The notes below the pieces were generated by a model. That model did not search any database and was not told the origin of the DNA. It saw nothing but the letters and a program-made list of their open reading frames with translations. From contig JAGQWM010000004.1 of NCBI GenBank assembly GCA_020437365.1, positions 3,568 to 67,567 of the forward strand: 64,000 bases of DNA. Reading direction: 5' to 3'. This DNA is from Chitinophagaceae bacterium (GTDB lineage Bacteria > Bacteroidota > Bacteroidia > Chitinophagales > Chitinophagaceae). The first letter of the stretch is position 1. Every line of letters starts with the position of its first letter. This document shows positions 38,049 through 48,121 of the stretch, in pieces. The position numbers and the translations under genes are program-made.

Positions 38049-38882
38049 TCAAGGCGTTTTTAAATCGGTATGTGCTGATTGAACCGGCTGTCCATAAAAC
38101 TTTTCGGCATGGCGGTCAAAATTCTCACAATCATCGGTTGTAAAAAATAAACTGCGGCTTTGGCGACTGCAGAGATTGGCCATTTCCGGATGCCTTTCCA
38201 GGTAATTGACAAGGCTTTTGGCTACAATTTCGCCTTGCGAAAGTAGTTTGGCGGCCACCGGAAGGTACTCTTTAATTTTTGGTATCAGCAATGGATAATG
38301 CGTACAACCCAACAAAACAGCATCAATATTTTTGCCTTTTTCGAATAATGATTCGAGGTTTTTGCGGATAAAATAATCGGCACCTTGACTTTCGGCTTCG
38401 CCATTTTCGACCAAAGGGACCCACATCGGGCAGGCTTCCTGGTACACCTTCACCTCTGGGAAAAATTTTTTGATTTCCATGGGATAGGAATCGGAAGCTA
38501 CCGTTCCCGCCGTCGCCAGGATACCGATACTTTGATTTTCTGTCAGGTGGCCAATCATTTCTGCCGTTGGCCGAATGACGCCTAAAACTCTTTTTTGCGG
38601 CGCCATTACCGGCAGGTCTTTTTGCTGAATCGTTCGAAGAGCTTTTGCCGAAGCTGTATTACACGCCAGGATGACCAACGAACAGTTTTGCCGGAATAAC
38701 CAACTGACGGCTTCTTTGGTATATTGATACACCGTATCGAAGGAACGAATGCCATAGGGCGAACGGGCATTATCGCCCAGGTATAGATAATCGTATTGCG
38801 GCAACTGTGCCACCATTTCTTTTAAGACGGTCAATCCACCGTAGCCGGAATCGAAAACACCTATTGGACCTGCTTGTGCCAT
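38049..38882 (-). CDS. murI: Glutamate racemase
   Basis: IGVFDSGYGGLTV, GDNARSPYG, ILACNTAS, LLGCTHYP. Confidence 0.97.
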   Translation of the reverse strand: MAQAGPIGVFDSGYGGLTVLKEMVAQLPQYDYLYLGDNARSPYGIRSFDTVYQYTKEAVSWLFRQNCSLVILACNTASAKALRTIQQKDLPVMAPQKRVLGVIRPTAEMIGHLTENQSIGILATAGTVASDSYPMEIKKFFPEVKVYQEACPMWVPLVENGEAESQGADYFIRKNLESLFEKGKNIDAVLLGCTHYPLLIPKIKEYLPVAAKLLSQGEIVAKSLVNYLERHPEMANLCSRQSRSLFFTTDDCENFDRHAEKFYGQPVQSAHTDLKTP

Positions 38883-38908
38883 TGTGTAAAATTAAAAAAG
38901 GCAGAAAT

Positions 38909-38946
38909 GAAAAATGCCCTGCGGTATAAAACTACAACAGGGCATT
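38909..38946 (-). terminator. Terminator after the ompH genes
   Basis: Minus strand AATGCCCTG-N16-CAGGGCATT followed by TTT. Confidence 0.65.
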
Positions 38947-38966
38947 CAATCTTTTTAAAAATTTAT

Positions 38967-39494
38967 TTAATTATCTGAATCCGATTTCGGAATTTTTAAA
39001 TTGAGTTTATTGGCCACCAATAGTGAAATATCATCAGCATCGGGTGCCACCAGCAGTGTTTCTTTATTGAGGATATAGGTATATTTTTTCTCTTTGGCTA
39101 TATCTTGTATGGCTTTATAAACTTTGCGGTACAAAGGTGCCAGGTATTCATCCTGTTTATTCTGCAACGCTTGGTTTACAATTTGCTGCCAGTTCTGAAT
39201 TTGATATAACAACTGGGGCAATTCTTTTGAGATTTGCTGTCTTACTGAAGCCGGCGTTTTTACTGAATCTTTAAACACACTATCCTTGTAATTGTACAAT
39301 TCGATTATTTGCGCATACTGTGGATTGATAGAATCTTTTTGATATGTCTGCAACACAGAATCTAATTTTGCCGTTTCGGGCATCAGGCCAACCATATCAT
39401 CTACACGGATGTAGCCAATTTTCACTTGTGCTGCTGCATTGTTCGAAAAGATAAGACCTGCAGCCAACACGATGACGGTAAGAAGTTTTTTCAT
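38967..39494 (-). CDS. OmpH/Skp periplasmic chaperone (copy 2)
   Basis: Signal peptide, KIGYIRVD, YRKVYKAIQDIAKEKKYTYIL, DDISLLV. Confidence 0.9.
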   Translation of the reverse strand: MKKLLTVIVLAAGLIFSNNAAAQVKIGYIRVDDMVGLMPETAKLDSVLQTYQKDSINPQYAQIIELYNYKDSVFKDSVKTPASVRQQISKELPQLLYQIQNWQQIVNQALQNKQDEYLAPLYRKVYKAIQDIAKEKKYTYILNKETLLVAPDADDISLLVANKLNLKIPKSDSDN

Positions 39495-39586
39495 TTAGTT
39501 TTATTTTTGCTTTAAAGAGTTATTCAGCCCTCAATACGTTGCTTGAAGCTTCCCAAATCAGGCTTTTTTTATTTATTTTTTACAAA

Positions 39587-40099
39587 TTATCTGACCCCAA
39601 GGCTTTTGAGCACATCTTCACTCTTGTCCAATTTTGGGTCGGCAAAGATAACGGTAATTCCTTCACTTTTATCCAATACAAAATCATATCCTCGCTGAAC
39701 GGCCATTTTTTGTACGGCATTGTACACTTTATCCTGAATCGGCTTGATGAGTTGTTGTCTTTTTTGGAATAAATCGCCTTCATAGCCAAAGCGTTTCCGC
39801 TGTAAATCACGAAGTTCTTTTTCTTTATTGTACAGTTGGTCTTCCCGTTTTTTGCTCAATTCCTCAGTGAGCATTACTTTTTCTGCGTCAAAATTTTTGT
39901 ACATCTGGTCCAAATCGGCTTGCATACCATCAATTTCATGCTGCCAGCTTTCTGCAGTAGCATCCAATTGTTTTTGGGCTGTTTTATATTCAGGCATATT
40001 GTCCAGAATATAACGAGTGTCGATGATGGCATATCGTTGTGCTTTTACACTGACCGATAATAACATCAAACTAAAGAATGCAATTACTATTTTTTTCAT
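39587..40099 (-). CDS. OmpH/Skp periplasmic chaperone (copy 1)
   Basis: QRYAIIDTRYIL, RQQLIKPIQDKVYNAV, GYDFVLDK, DKSEDVL. Confidence 0.92.
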   Translation of the reverse strand: MKKIVIAFFSLMLLSVSVKAQRYAIIDTRYILDNMPEYKTAQKQLDATAESWQHEIDGMQADLDQMYKNFDAEKVMLTEELSKKREDQLYNKEKELRDLQRKRFGYEGDLFQKRQQLIKPIQDKVYNAVQKMAVQRGYDFVLDKSEGITVIFADPKLDKSEDVLKSLGVR

Positions 40100-40130
40100 C
40101 GGTTTATTTTTTATCGTTTTTCAGGAAAAT

Positions 40131-42869
40131 TTATTCAGGTTCAACACCGAGCATAAAGGTAAACCGGGATGCATTTTTTAATCCCTGTCCGGGTATCAGC
40201 CTGTCGATGCCAATACCATAATCAAATCCAAGCAGGCCAAACATAGGTAAATAAAACCGCATACCTACACCCACACTTCTACGCAGTTTGAATGGATTAT
40301 AATCTTTATAGTTATACCATCCATTGGCCGCTTCGAAGAAACCGAGAGCATAGATGGTGCTACTCGGGCTTGTTACCAACGGGAAACGCAACTCCAATGT
40401 ATATTTATTGAAAATGGTAAAGAATTGTGTAGCATTCTGCTGGTCGGGATTGATAGTCGGATCGGAATTTTGATATACCGGATAACCTCTTTGCGCTACA
40501 ATATCGTAGCCCAGTAAACCAAAATTATTGGTCAGGCCGGCATCACCCAACTGGAATCTTTCGAATGGAGAATAAGCCAGGTTTTTATTATAACGGCCCA
40601 TAAAGCCATATTTGGCGGCAATTTTCAAAACAAACTGTCTTGTTTTATCGGCACCCAATGCTTTTCCGATTGGAACAAACCATTCAGCCTTGAATTTCCA
40701 TTTATGGTATTCAGGATTTTTGAATTTATTGGCCGGTTCGCTTTTATTTTTATTGAATAATGAATACGGTGGCGTTAATTGTACACTGGCCAAAAAGTTG
40801 GAACCGCTGACCGGATATATCGGGTTAAATACGGATGAACGTTGCAATGCCAAAGTAAAACTCACATTGGTAGATGTTCCGTTTCTAAAATCCTGGTCGA
40901 AAATGGGATAATTGCGCAGCTTATATTGGGTCAAATTCAAAGAATACACCAGGCTGAAATAATCATCAGGCCATTTTAATTGTTTGCCAAGCGAAACGGA
41001 AATGCCATTTACTTTCAGGTAATTGGTATCTGATTTTGCCCGGTCGATACGTCCGGTATAAGGGTCAAAGGCATTGGAATACTTACTGCTATTCAAACCG
41101 ATGGTAAGCGAATTTCTTTTTTTGCCACCCAACCAGGGTTCGGTAAAGGCAAAACTATATGACCTGAATGCCCGTCCGTTGGATTGTACCCGCAAGCTGA
41201 GTTTTTGTCCGTCGCCCATGGGAAGTGGATCCCAGGCAGATTTTTTCCAGATATTGCGGATTGAAAAATTATTGAAGGTAACACCCAGTGTTCCTGTCAG
41301 CCCGATGCCGCCACCCCAACCGGCAGAAAGTTCCAATTTATCAGAAGATTTTTCTTCGAGTTTCCAGTTGATATCTACCGTACCGTCATCAGCATTGGGA
41401 ACGACGCCGGGATTTATGGTTTCCTGGTTAAAGAAATCAAGATTGGCCAACTCCCGCTGTGAACGAATCAAATCGGCACGGCTGAATAATTCGCCGGGAA
41501 TTGTTCGGAGTTCACGCCTGATAACATGGTCTTTCGTTTTCTCGTTACCGGCAATAGTTACATTTTTCAACCTGGCCTGCGGCCCTTCTATCAATCGTAT
41601 TTCGTAATCAATGGTATCATTGTAAACGGCCATTTCTACCGGCTCGGCTCTGAAGAATAAATACCCTTGGTCCATGTACAATCCGGTAATATCGCCACCT
41701 TCCTGCGATGCTTCCAATCCCAAGCCTTTATTCAGGAGGCTCATATTGTAAATATCTCCTTTATTGATGCCAAGAATTACATTCAATACAGAGTCAGAAT
41801 ATTTTGTATTGCCCTTCCAGGAAATATTGCCAAAATAATATTGTTTGCCTTCGTTGACTTTCAGGTCAATGTCTAAATTGCCCCGCTTAGTCAGGTAATT
41901 GGTATCTTCTACAATTTGTGCATCACGAAAACCTTGTGCGTTATAATAATCGAGGATGCTGTTTTTATCTTCTGCAAATTTTTTCTGGCTGAATTTTGAA
42001 CTACCAAACAAACGAAGTTTGAACCAAGGTGAAATTAATTTTTTGGTTTTACTCAATGACAAGAAACCCCAATCTTTCATGTAGTTTTTAAACGTATAAG
42101 GTTTGTCTTCTCCATAAGGGCTTTTCGCATAATCACGGCGGAACGACATTTTACTCATTTCCTTATTGCCTTTCATTTGTTTTTTCAGCCGTATATCGTC
42201 AATATTGGTATTGCCATAAAAACGGATTTCATTGATACGGACTTTATTGCCTTTCACAATATGAATCGTCAGTTGATTGGAATTGACATAGGCCGGGTCG
42301 GGTTTTTCTTCTAAAGAAACTTCGACGTTCAGGTAGGCTTTATCTTTAAAATATTTGGTAACAACTTCTACAACATTGCGGCGGGTATTTTCTGTAATGA
42401 TGGTTTGTTTGGTAAGGCCGGTTTTGGTGGTCAATTCTTCTGCTTCGGTTTTGCTAACGCCCTCAAATTTAAAATTGCCGAGCCGGGCTCTTTCCTGCAC
42501 ATTCACTTCGAGCCACACTTTGTTGCCATCGAGCCGGGTGATATAAATGCCTACATTGGAAAATAATTTCTGTCGCCACAAGTTGGCAATAGTTTTTGAA
42601 AAAATATCGGTACCCGGATACATAAAAGTTTGTCCCGGCACCAGGTTCGCAATGGAATAAACGATGGATGTATCTAAATGTTTAATACCTGTAATCTGCA
42701 CATCGGCAATGGTATATTCTTTGGGTACCCTCGATTGTTGCCATTCGATCAATTTAGGGTCCAAAGAAGTGGGTTTTGTAGTATCGCCGGCCTCTTGTGC
42801 AAAGGAGCTGAATACGGAAATTGCCACCATCAACATTGTACCACTGAGCCTGGAAAAAATTCTTTGCAT
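40131..42869 (-). CDS. bamA: Outer membrane protein assembly factor BamA
   Basis: POTRA repeats, KTKDHVIRRELRT, LEEKSSDKLELSAGWGG, RGY motif, GVGMRFYLPMFGLLGFDYG. Confidence 0.96.
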   Translation of the reverse strand: MQRIFSRLSGTMLMVAISVFSSFAQEAGDTTKPTSLDPKLIEWQQSRVPKEYTIADVQITGIKHLDTSIVYSIANLVPGQTFMYPGTDIFSKTIANLWRQKLFSNVGIYITRLDGNKVWLEVNVQERARLGNFKFEGVSKTEAEELTTKTGLTKQTIITENTRRNVVEVVTKYFKDKAYLNVEVSLEEKPDPAYVNSNQLTIHIVKGNKVRINEIRFYGNTNIDDIRLKKQMKGNKEMSKMSFRRDYAKSPYGEDKPYTFKNYMKDWGFLSLSKTKKLISPWFKLRLFGSSKFSQKKFAEDKNSILDYYNAQGFRDAQIVEDTNYLTKRGNLDIDLKVNEGKQYYFGNISWKGNTKYSDSVLNVILGINKGDIYNMSLLNKGLGLEASQEGGDITGLYMDQGYLFFRAEPVEMAVYNDTIDYEIRLIEGPQARLKNVTIAGNEKTKDHVIRRELRTIPGELFSRADLIRSQRELANLDFFNQETINPGVVPNADDGTVDINWKLEEKSSDKLELSAGWGGGIGLTGTLGVTFNNFSIRNIWKKSAWDPLPMGDGQKLSLRVQSNGRAFRSYSFAFTEPWLGGKKRNSLTIGLNSSKYSNAFDPYTGRIDRAKSDTNYLKVNGISVSLGKQLKWPDDYFSLVYSLNLTQYKLRNYPIFDQDFRNGTSTNVSFTLALQRSSVFNPIYPVSGSNFLASVQLTPPYSLFNKNKSEPANKFKNPEYHKWKFKAEWFVPIGKALGADKTRQFVLKIAAKYGFMGRYNKNLAYSPFERFQLGDAGLTNNFGLLGYDIVAQRGYPVYQNSDPTINPDQQNATQFFTIFNKYTLELRFPLVTSPSSTIYALGFFEAANGWYNYKDYNPFKLRRSVGVGMRFYLPMFGLLGFDYGIGIDRLIPGQGLKNASRFTFMLGVEPE

Positions 42870-42928
42870 AAGTTATCTGCTGTATTCAATCCCTTTCGGG
42901 AGTTAAAATGTTAGTTTTCTGCGATTTA

Positions 42929-42957
42929 TAAAATGGCCGCCTTTTTGGTCAGGCGGC
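42929..42957 (-). terminator. Hairpin between uppS and bamA, possible terminator
   Basis: GCCGCCT-N8-AGGCGGC stem; weak U-tail. Confidence 0.5.
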
Positions 42958-43019
42958 AAATTAAAGTTAAAAATCGAAAGTCTTTGTTAAATAAATCATT
43001 GCGACAAAGACTTACAAAA

Positions 43020-43781
43020 TTATTGTGTTTTTATCGATTTGGTGACCTGTTCCCCGGTTTTTCCAAAACGCCTTTCTCTACCCTGAAAATCAACGATTGC
43101 TTCGTATAAATTTTCTTTACGGAAATCGGGCCAACGCACTTGTGTAAAATACAATTCGGCATAGGCCAATTGGTACAATAAAAAATTACTGATACGGCTT
43201 TCACCTCCTGTACGAATCATAATTTCCGGGTCGGGAAAATCTTTGGTACACAAAAATGATTCAATCATTTTTTCGTTTATGTCCCGTACTTCTATTTTTC
43301 CTTCCTTTACCTGTATGGCAATTTCTTTGGCGGCATTTCCCAGTTCCCAGCGGCCGCTATAGCTCAATGCCATTATTAAATTCAACCCCTTATTTTCCTT
43401 GGTTATTTCCAATGCTTCTTTCAATTCTTTTTGGGCAAAGCCGGGCAGCATTTTCATATCGCCGATGACATGAAGGCGAATATTGTTTTTATTCAGTGTA
43501 GCCACTTCCTTTCGGATGGTAGAAACCAGCAATTCCATCAGCCCGGTAACTTCCTGCTCGGGCCGCTCCCAGTTTTCGGTAGAAAATGCGTATAAGGTCA
43601 AATATTCAATCCCCATCTCGGCACAGCCTTCCACAATGTTTCTTACACTTTCCACACCATGAAAATGGCCATAAAGCCTGTCTTCGCCTTTTTCTTTGGC
43701 CCACCGGCCATTGCCGTCCATTATAATGGCAATATGACGGGGCAGCAATTCTTTGTCTATCTGATTGAGCAATGTTGACAT
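43020..43781 (-). CDS. uppS: Undecaprenyl diphosphate synthase (isoprenyl transferase)
   Basis: HIAIIMDGNGRWA, YAFSTENWERP, IRTGGESRISNFLLYQLAYAELYF. Start MSTLL at 43781; TACCTTTG at 43793-43800 on the minus strand. Confidence 0.97.
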   Translation of the reverse strand: MSTLLNQIDKELLPRHIAIIMDGNGRWAKEKGEDRLYGHFHGVESVRNIVEGCAEMGIEYLTLYAFSTENWERPEQEVTGLMELLVSTIRKEVATLNKNNIRLHVIGDMKMLPGFAQKELKEALEITKENKGLNLIMALSYSGRWELGNAAKEIAIQVKEGKIEVRDINEKMIESFLCTKDFPDPEIMIRTGGESRISNFLLYQLAYAELYFTQVRWPDFRKENLYEAIVDFQGRERRFGKTGEQVTKSIKTQ

Positions 43782-44049
43782 AAAAAGGGGCACAAAGGTA
43801 AGGCTGAATAGAGGTAAAACAGCCTTTTTTTCAAAAAATATACAGGAGTTGTAACCAGTGTCAAAAATGCTGTTGCTCTATGGTAAAACAACAACACAGT
43901 CTTACGGCACTACTTAGTATGACGGTCAAATGAATTAAATAATTCTTTCTGTAAAAAATTGCCTAATAAAATAAATAAAGGAATCTTTAGTATGATGTTT
44001 TATGGTTGTTAGTAAAACCGTTAACAATCCGGTACAGAACTCTTTCGAT

Positions 44050-44910
44050 TTAGTTGGATGTTGGGCATTTGTATGACTGCAAATTGAAAGTAACATGAAA
44101 CATGGCGGTTACAAACTGGTCTTTCTGTTTACTATTGCCTCGCTGTCTTCCCGGAATACCAATGGGTGTGCCCAGTTCATAAGAACGGTCGCTAAGCAAT
44201 AACGCATTGGAAGTACTGCCGTCGGGATTGGAAGGAAAAACTGCAGGATCTACATAGGTTTTACTGACGTCGTCGAGATAATCCGTATTGGTAAATCGGT
44301 GAAGCACTTCGAAACCAATATTGATTCTGTCGTTCAATGCATATTTTATACCGCCGCCAAAAGGAATACAAATAGCGATGGAACTGTAGGGTTTCCGGTC
44401 TGGGTACAAACTGCTGCCTTGCCCTTCGGTATTCAACGGACGCAGCTGAATTTTTTCGCCTTGCAAATAAGCATAAGGGTCATAAGAAAAAACGCCGCCG
44501 CCAAGAGTGATATATGGCGTAAAGCTATATTGCGGATCGCCGGGCATGAAGCGGAAAAAATTGAAATCGCCCTGTAAAGTCAACTCCCACACACGGCTGT
44601 TGAAACTTAGGTTGCGGGTAAACATTTGCTTATTGAAAGAATTGTATTTATCGGAATACCCTAATTGCGCAAAGCTGGCTCCCAGCCGAACGGCTATGTA
44701 ATTGCCAAGGTTTTTACGAAAGAAAACGGTTGCTGCTATTTTGGGGCGGTTCAGCTTGGCTCTTGTGTTCAAATCGCCAAAATAATGACCGGCACCAATG
44801 CCAATACCAAATTCGCCTTCCTGCACAATGGCATCCTGGGCTTGTACGGATAAAATGCCTGTAATAAACGCTGCCAATACAAGTGAAATCCTGATTGCTT
44901 TCTTCATCAT
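44050..44910 (-). CDS. DUF6089 / PorG-like outer membrane beta-barrel protein
   Basis: G.G.G.GHYFGDLN, NLSFNS, IPFGGGIKY, EVLHRFTNTDYLDDVS, RGNSKQKD; conserved position upstream of uppS-bamA-ompH. Confidence 0.8.
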   Translation of the reverse strand: MMKKAIRISLVLAAFITGILSVQAQDAIVQEGEFGIGIGAGHYFGDLNTRAKLNRPKIAATVFFRKNLGNYIAVRLGASFAQLGYSDKYNSFNKQMFTRNLSFNSRVWELTLQGDFNFFRFMPGDPQYSFTPYITLGGGVFSYDPYAYLQGEKIQLRPLNTEGQGSSLYPDRKPYSSIAICIPFGGGIKYALNDRINIGFEVLHRFTNTDYLDDVSKTYVDPAVFPSNPDGSTSNALLLSDRSYELGTPIGIPGRQRGNSKQKDQFVTAMFHVTFNLQSYKCPTSN

Positions 44911-44983
44911 AACTGTTTAAATAGTAGTCTTTGCGTTGATTAGAACGTTAAAAGTACTCAATTTCTTATTTAAGTGGAAGTAT

Positions 44984-45862
44984 TTAGTTTCTTTTATCGA
45001 GTCCCCAAGTCAATTTATTGCGTAAGGTTTGCAAAAAATTATTTTCGTGCAGGCGTACCAGGTGTACATCAAACACTTCTCTTTTAACGGCTAATTCAAT
45101 GTTTTTATCGACAAGTTCCCTGCGAGAGTCAATTGAGCAGATCACCTGTTCGGCCCTACACTCTATTTCGAATGAAATAATAGTATTGTCAGGAACTACG
45201 ATAGGCCTTACATTTAAATTGTGTGGCGCAACGGGTGTAATGATAAAATTGCCTGCATCCGGAAAAACTACCGGCCCGTTGCAACTCAATGAATAACCGG
45301 TAGAACCGGTTGGCGTAGCTACAATCAGGCCATCGGCCCAATAATTATTCAAAAACTCACCATTGAGATATGTATGTATTCGAATCATAGAATCGATATC
45401 TCTTTTGTGAATCGAAAATTCATTGAGCCCATAAGGTACATCGCCAAACAGGGGAATATTTGCATCCACATGAATTAACGAACGGGTGTCTTTGACAAAG
45501 GTCCGGTTGGCTACAGCTTTTACCGCCATTTGCAATTCTTCGCGGCGAATACTGGCCAAAAATCCAAGGCGGCCAAAATTAATGCCCATTATGGCAATGG
45601 GTTTATTCTTGATGTACGTAATGGTATCGAGCAAAGTGCCATCGCCACCAAGACTAATGATGCATTCAATTTCCTGCGTCAGGTCATCCGCTTTGACAAA
45701 TGGAATTGTATTTTCCGGCAGTTGAATGATGGATGTAATTTGTTCCAAAAAATCACGAAAAACGACAGGCTGAATTTTCTGTTTTGCCAATTCATCAAAA
45801 AAAAGTTGTACGTCTTTTTCCTGTTCCTGAACCATGCCTCTGCTATACACCGCTGCTTTCAT
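44984..45862 (-). CDS. nadK: NAD kinase
   Basis: SLGGDGTLL, GINFGRLGFL, LNEF, ADGLIVATPTGSTGYSLSCNGP. Confidence 0.97.
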   Translation of the reverse strand: MKAAVYSRGMVQEQEKDVQLFFDELAKQKIQPVVFRDFLEQITSIIQLPENTIPFVKADDLTQEIECIISLGGDGTLLDTITYIKNKPIAIMGINFGRLGFLASIRREELQMAVKAVANRTFVKDTRSLIHVDANIPLFGDVPYGLNEFSIHKRDIDSMIRIHTYLNGEFLNNYWADGLIVATPTGSTGYSLSCNGPVVFPDAGNFIITPVAPHNLNVRPIVVPDNTIISFEIECRAEQVICSIDSRRELVDKNIELAVKREVFDVHLVRLHENNFLQTLRNKLTWGLDKRN

Positions 45863-45898
45863 CCGATTTGATTTTGGTTAATAAAAATTCACCTTGTA

Positions 45899-47329
45899 TT
45901 AGAAAAACGAATTTTGGTGCAAAAATAATCCGTTTTCACCGATTGCGTTGAAGCTGTACTCCAACTTGAAAGTTACGTCATACAAAGTCAATATATCAAT
46001 ACCGAATCCTCCGGAGTACAACATTTTATTGGTTAAGGAATTATTGTTGGGTTGTGGATTGTGCACATAGCCTGTATTGCCATATATTTTTCCAAAAATC
46101 CGAAAGGGAATACGAATTCCTTTCTTACCGTTTTTGCCAAATAAGTTGATCGAAAAATTAGCCAGTTCACGGGATAAAGTAGTTTTAGCAATGCCGCCGG
46201 CAACGCCATCTACCACATAATATTCATAGCCTTGCAGGTATGAATCGCCATAACCCAATACTCTTTTGTTGTAATAAGGTTGATGAAAAGGTAATTTCAA
46301 TTGTCCAATTAAAGTGAGGGTTAAAAATGTTTTGGGGGCAACCGGCCAGTAAGCGGAGCCTTTGGCTTGCCACTCCCAACTGTTCATATTTTTATTAACG
46401 CCTTTTTTGAAAAAATTTAATTGAACAATATATCCTTTGGTTGGATAGGGAATATAATTAACGTCAAAATAATCCATCGTATAGCGCAATTCAGGAAAAG
46501 ACAACCGGTTTTTTCCATTCGAAAAATAATCAGGATTGAGCTTGTTGATGGTGTCTGCTACGATTTCCTGCGTAAAGCCGATACCAAAACTATGTCTTGC
46601 TTTTATCGCTCTGCGATAAGAAACTTCGAGATAGGTTTTTAAAAATTTTCGGGTAAAAACATTTTCATCTTTGTAAAACGCTTGTTTATTATTTTCGGTA
46701 GCATAGTTTACTTCTTTGTTTTTGCCGGCATCCATAAAAAACTTTCCACCCCATTTCATTTTTTTATCGAAATACAAACGGTCATAGCTTAGCGAAAGTT
46801 GTTTCGTATAGCCATTCGTAACTTTTAGTTTCAGGTTATCATTGCGGCCTGTTGTATTGTTGTAATACAGTTTGGCGCCGTAATTCACTCTTTTCAAACT
46901 GGCATGATGCTCTACCAACCATTGGTTGAGATTGCGGTCAACAAAACTAAAATAGGGCACCGGAAAAAAATACCATCTTTCCCTGACGATTATTTTTACA
47001 TGGACAACCTGGCCTTCAAAATGATCGGCAGCAACAATGACGGCATTAAAAAGTCTCGTATTCAGCAATTGTTTTTTTCCATCGGCAAATTTTTCTAGTA
47101 GTACTTTCATCGGAAATTGGTCGCCGGTTTTAAATGGAATTTCTCTTAAAATAATAACGTCTTTGGTTTTTTTATTGCCGGCAATGTCAATGTTACCAAT
47201 GGTTATTTTATCGGTTATGGTGTCTGTCGGAATTTTTTGTTGAAAACTACTATCGGTTTGGGCAGTAGCTGTAACAGCCTGGCAAAGCAGGGCCAAAAAC
47301 AAAAAAAAATATTTTCTTCCCTGTTTCAT
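45899..47329 (-). CDS. POTRA-domain Omp85-superfamily outer membrane protein
   Basis: Signal peptide, one POTRA (IDIAGNKKTKDVIILREIPF), VRERWYFFPVP, beta-strand-rich C-terminus with GYGDSYLQGYEYYVVDG; terminal F. Confidence 0.8.
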   Translation of the reverse strand: MKQGRKYFFLFLALLCQAVTATAQTDSSFQQKIPTDTITDKITIGNIDIAGNKKTKDVIILREIPFKTGDQFPMKVLLEKFADGKKQLLNTRLFNAVIVAADHFEGQVVHVKIIVRERWYFFPVPYFSFVDRNLNQWLVEHHASLKRVNYGAKLYYNNTTGRNDNLKLKVTNGYTKQLSLSYDRLYFDKKMKWGGKFFMDAGKNKEVNYATENNKQAFYKDENVFTRKFLKTYLEVSYRRAIKARHSFGIGFTQEIVADTINKLNPDYFSNGKNRLSFPELRYTMDYFDVNYIPYPTKGYIVQLNFFKKGVNKNMNSWEWQAKGSAYWPVAPKTFLTLTLIGQLKLPFHQPYYNKRVLGYGDSYLQGYEYYVVDGVAGGIAKTTLSRELANFSINLFGKNGKKGIRIPFRIFGKIYGNTGYVHNPQPNNNSLTNKMLYSGGFGIDILTLYDVTFKLEYSFNAIGENGLFLHQNSFF

Positions 47330-47390
47330 ATCATATTATGGATCCAGGTAAATACGTTGCCGGATTTTTGTTTTGAAAAAAGATTGGCAC

Positions 47391-48053
47391 TTAAATTTTG
47401 AGGTAACTCATCAGGTTATCAAAATTTGTTTTTAATTCATTTTCATACATTTCTTCGCCGAGGAAATATTTTACTGAATATTCGTATCGTTGAAAGCTGG
47501 CCACTAAATCTGATACTTCGGCTTTATTGATGCGAATAGTAACCGTCATAATACCGGTTTCAATATTATTGGATGTATTGAGTTGGGTGATTTGTGCATC
47601 ATTCGATTCTACGATTTGGCTTATTTCATTGAATGAATAACTATTGCTTTCAATTTCGAGAACAATCAATCCGCCGGGTTCGTTCAGGCTCATAAATGAA
47701 GAAGCTTCTTTGAGCAAAGTTTCGTAAGACACTACGCCGGTCAGAATATTTTCCTCATTGACAATGGGCACTATGCTGAGTCCGTTTTCGCCGGCCAGTT
47801 GTACGGCTTTCAAAAAATGTTCGTCTTCTTTGACTGAAAATTCGGCAAATGATTGTTGTAATTCACGCAAAACTGCATGGTCGTTATCGGCTTGTAATAA
47901 ATCATTTTCGCTAATAATACCTACGAAAGTTTCGCCTTCAATAATAGGTAAATGTGTTACCTGGTTGTCATTCATCAATTGTAGTACCTGGTACACTTTG
48001 TCGGTCAGGTGTACCGCCGGAATGGATTGAGATTTTATTTCACGTGTCAACAT
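47391..48053 (-). CDS. CBS domain-containing protein
   Basis: Two CBS repeats (HLPIIEGETFVGIISENDL; VPIVNEENILTGVV) plus an ACT-like tail. Probable ATG at 48053. Confidence 0.9.
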   Translation of the reverse strand: MLTREIKSQSIPAVHLTDKVYQVLQLMNDNQVTHLPIIEGETFVGIISENDLLQADNDHAVLRELQQSFAEFSVKEDEHFLKAVQLAGENGLSIVPIVNEENILTGVVSYETLLKEASSFMSLNEPGGLIVLEIESNSYSFNEISQIVESNDAQITQLNTSNNIETGIMTVTIRINKAEVSDLVASFQRYEYSVKYFLGEEMYENELKTNFDNLMSYLKI

Positions 48054-48121
48054 GGATAGCGGCTTTGTTTTCTTTTCGGCGAGCAATAATCAATTGCCTT
48101 ACAATAAACAGACAACAATTA

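Noticed and set aside
47301-47309. A9 tract in the signal-peptide region of the POTRA gene as a phase-variation switch
   Set aside because: The frame is intact and A/T runs of this length are common in this AT-rich DNA
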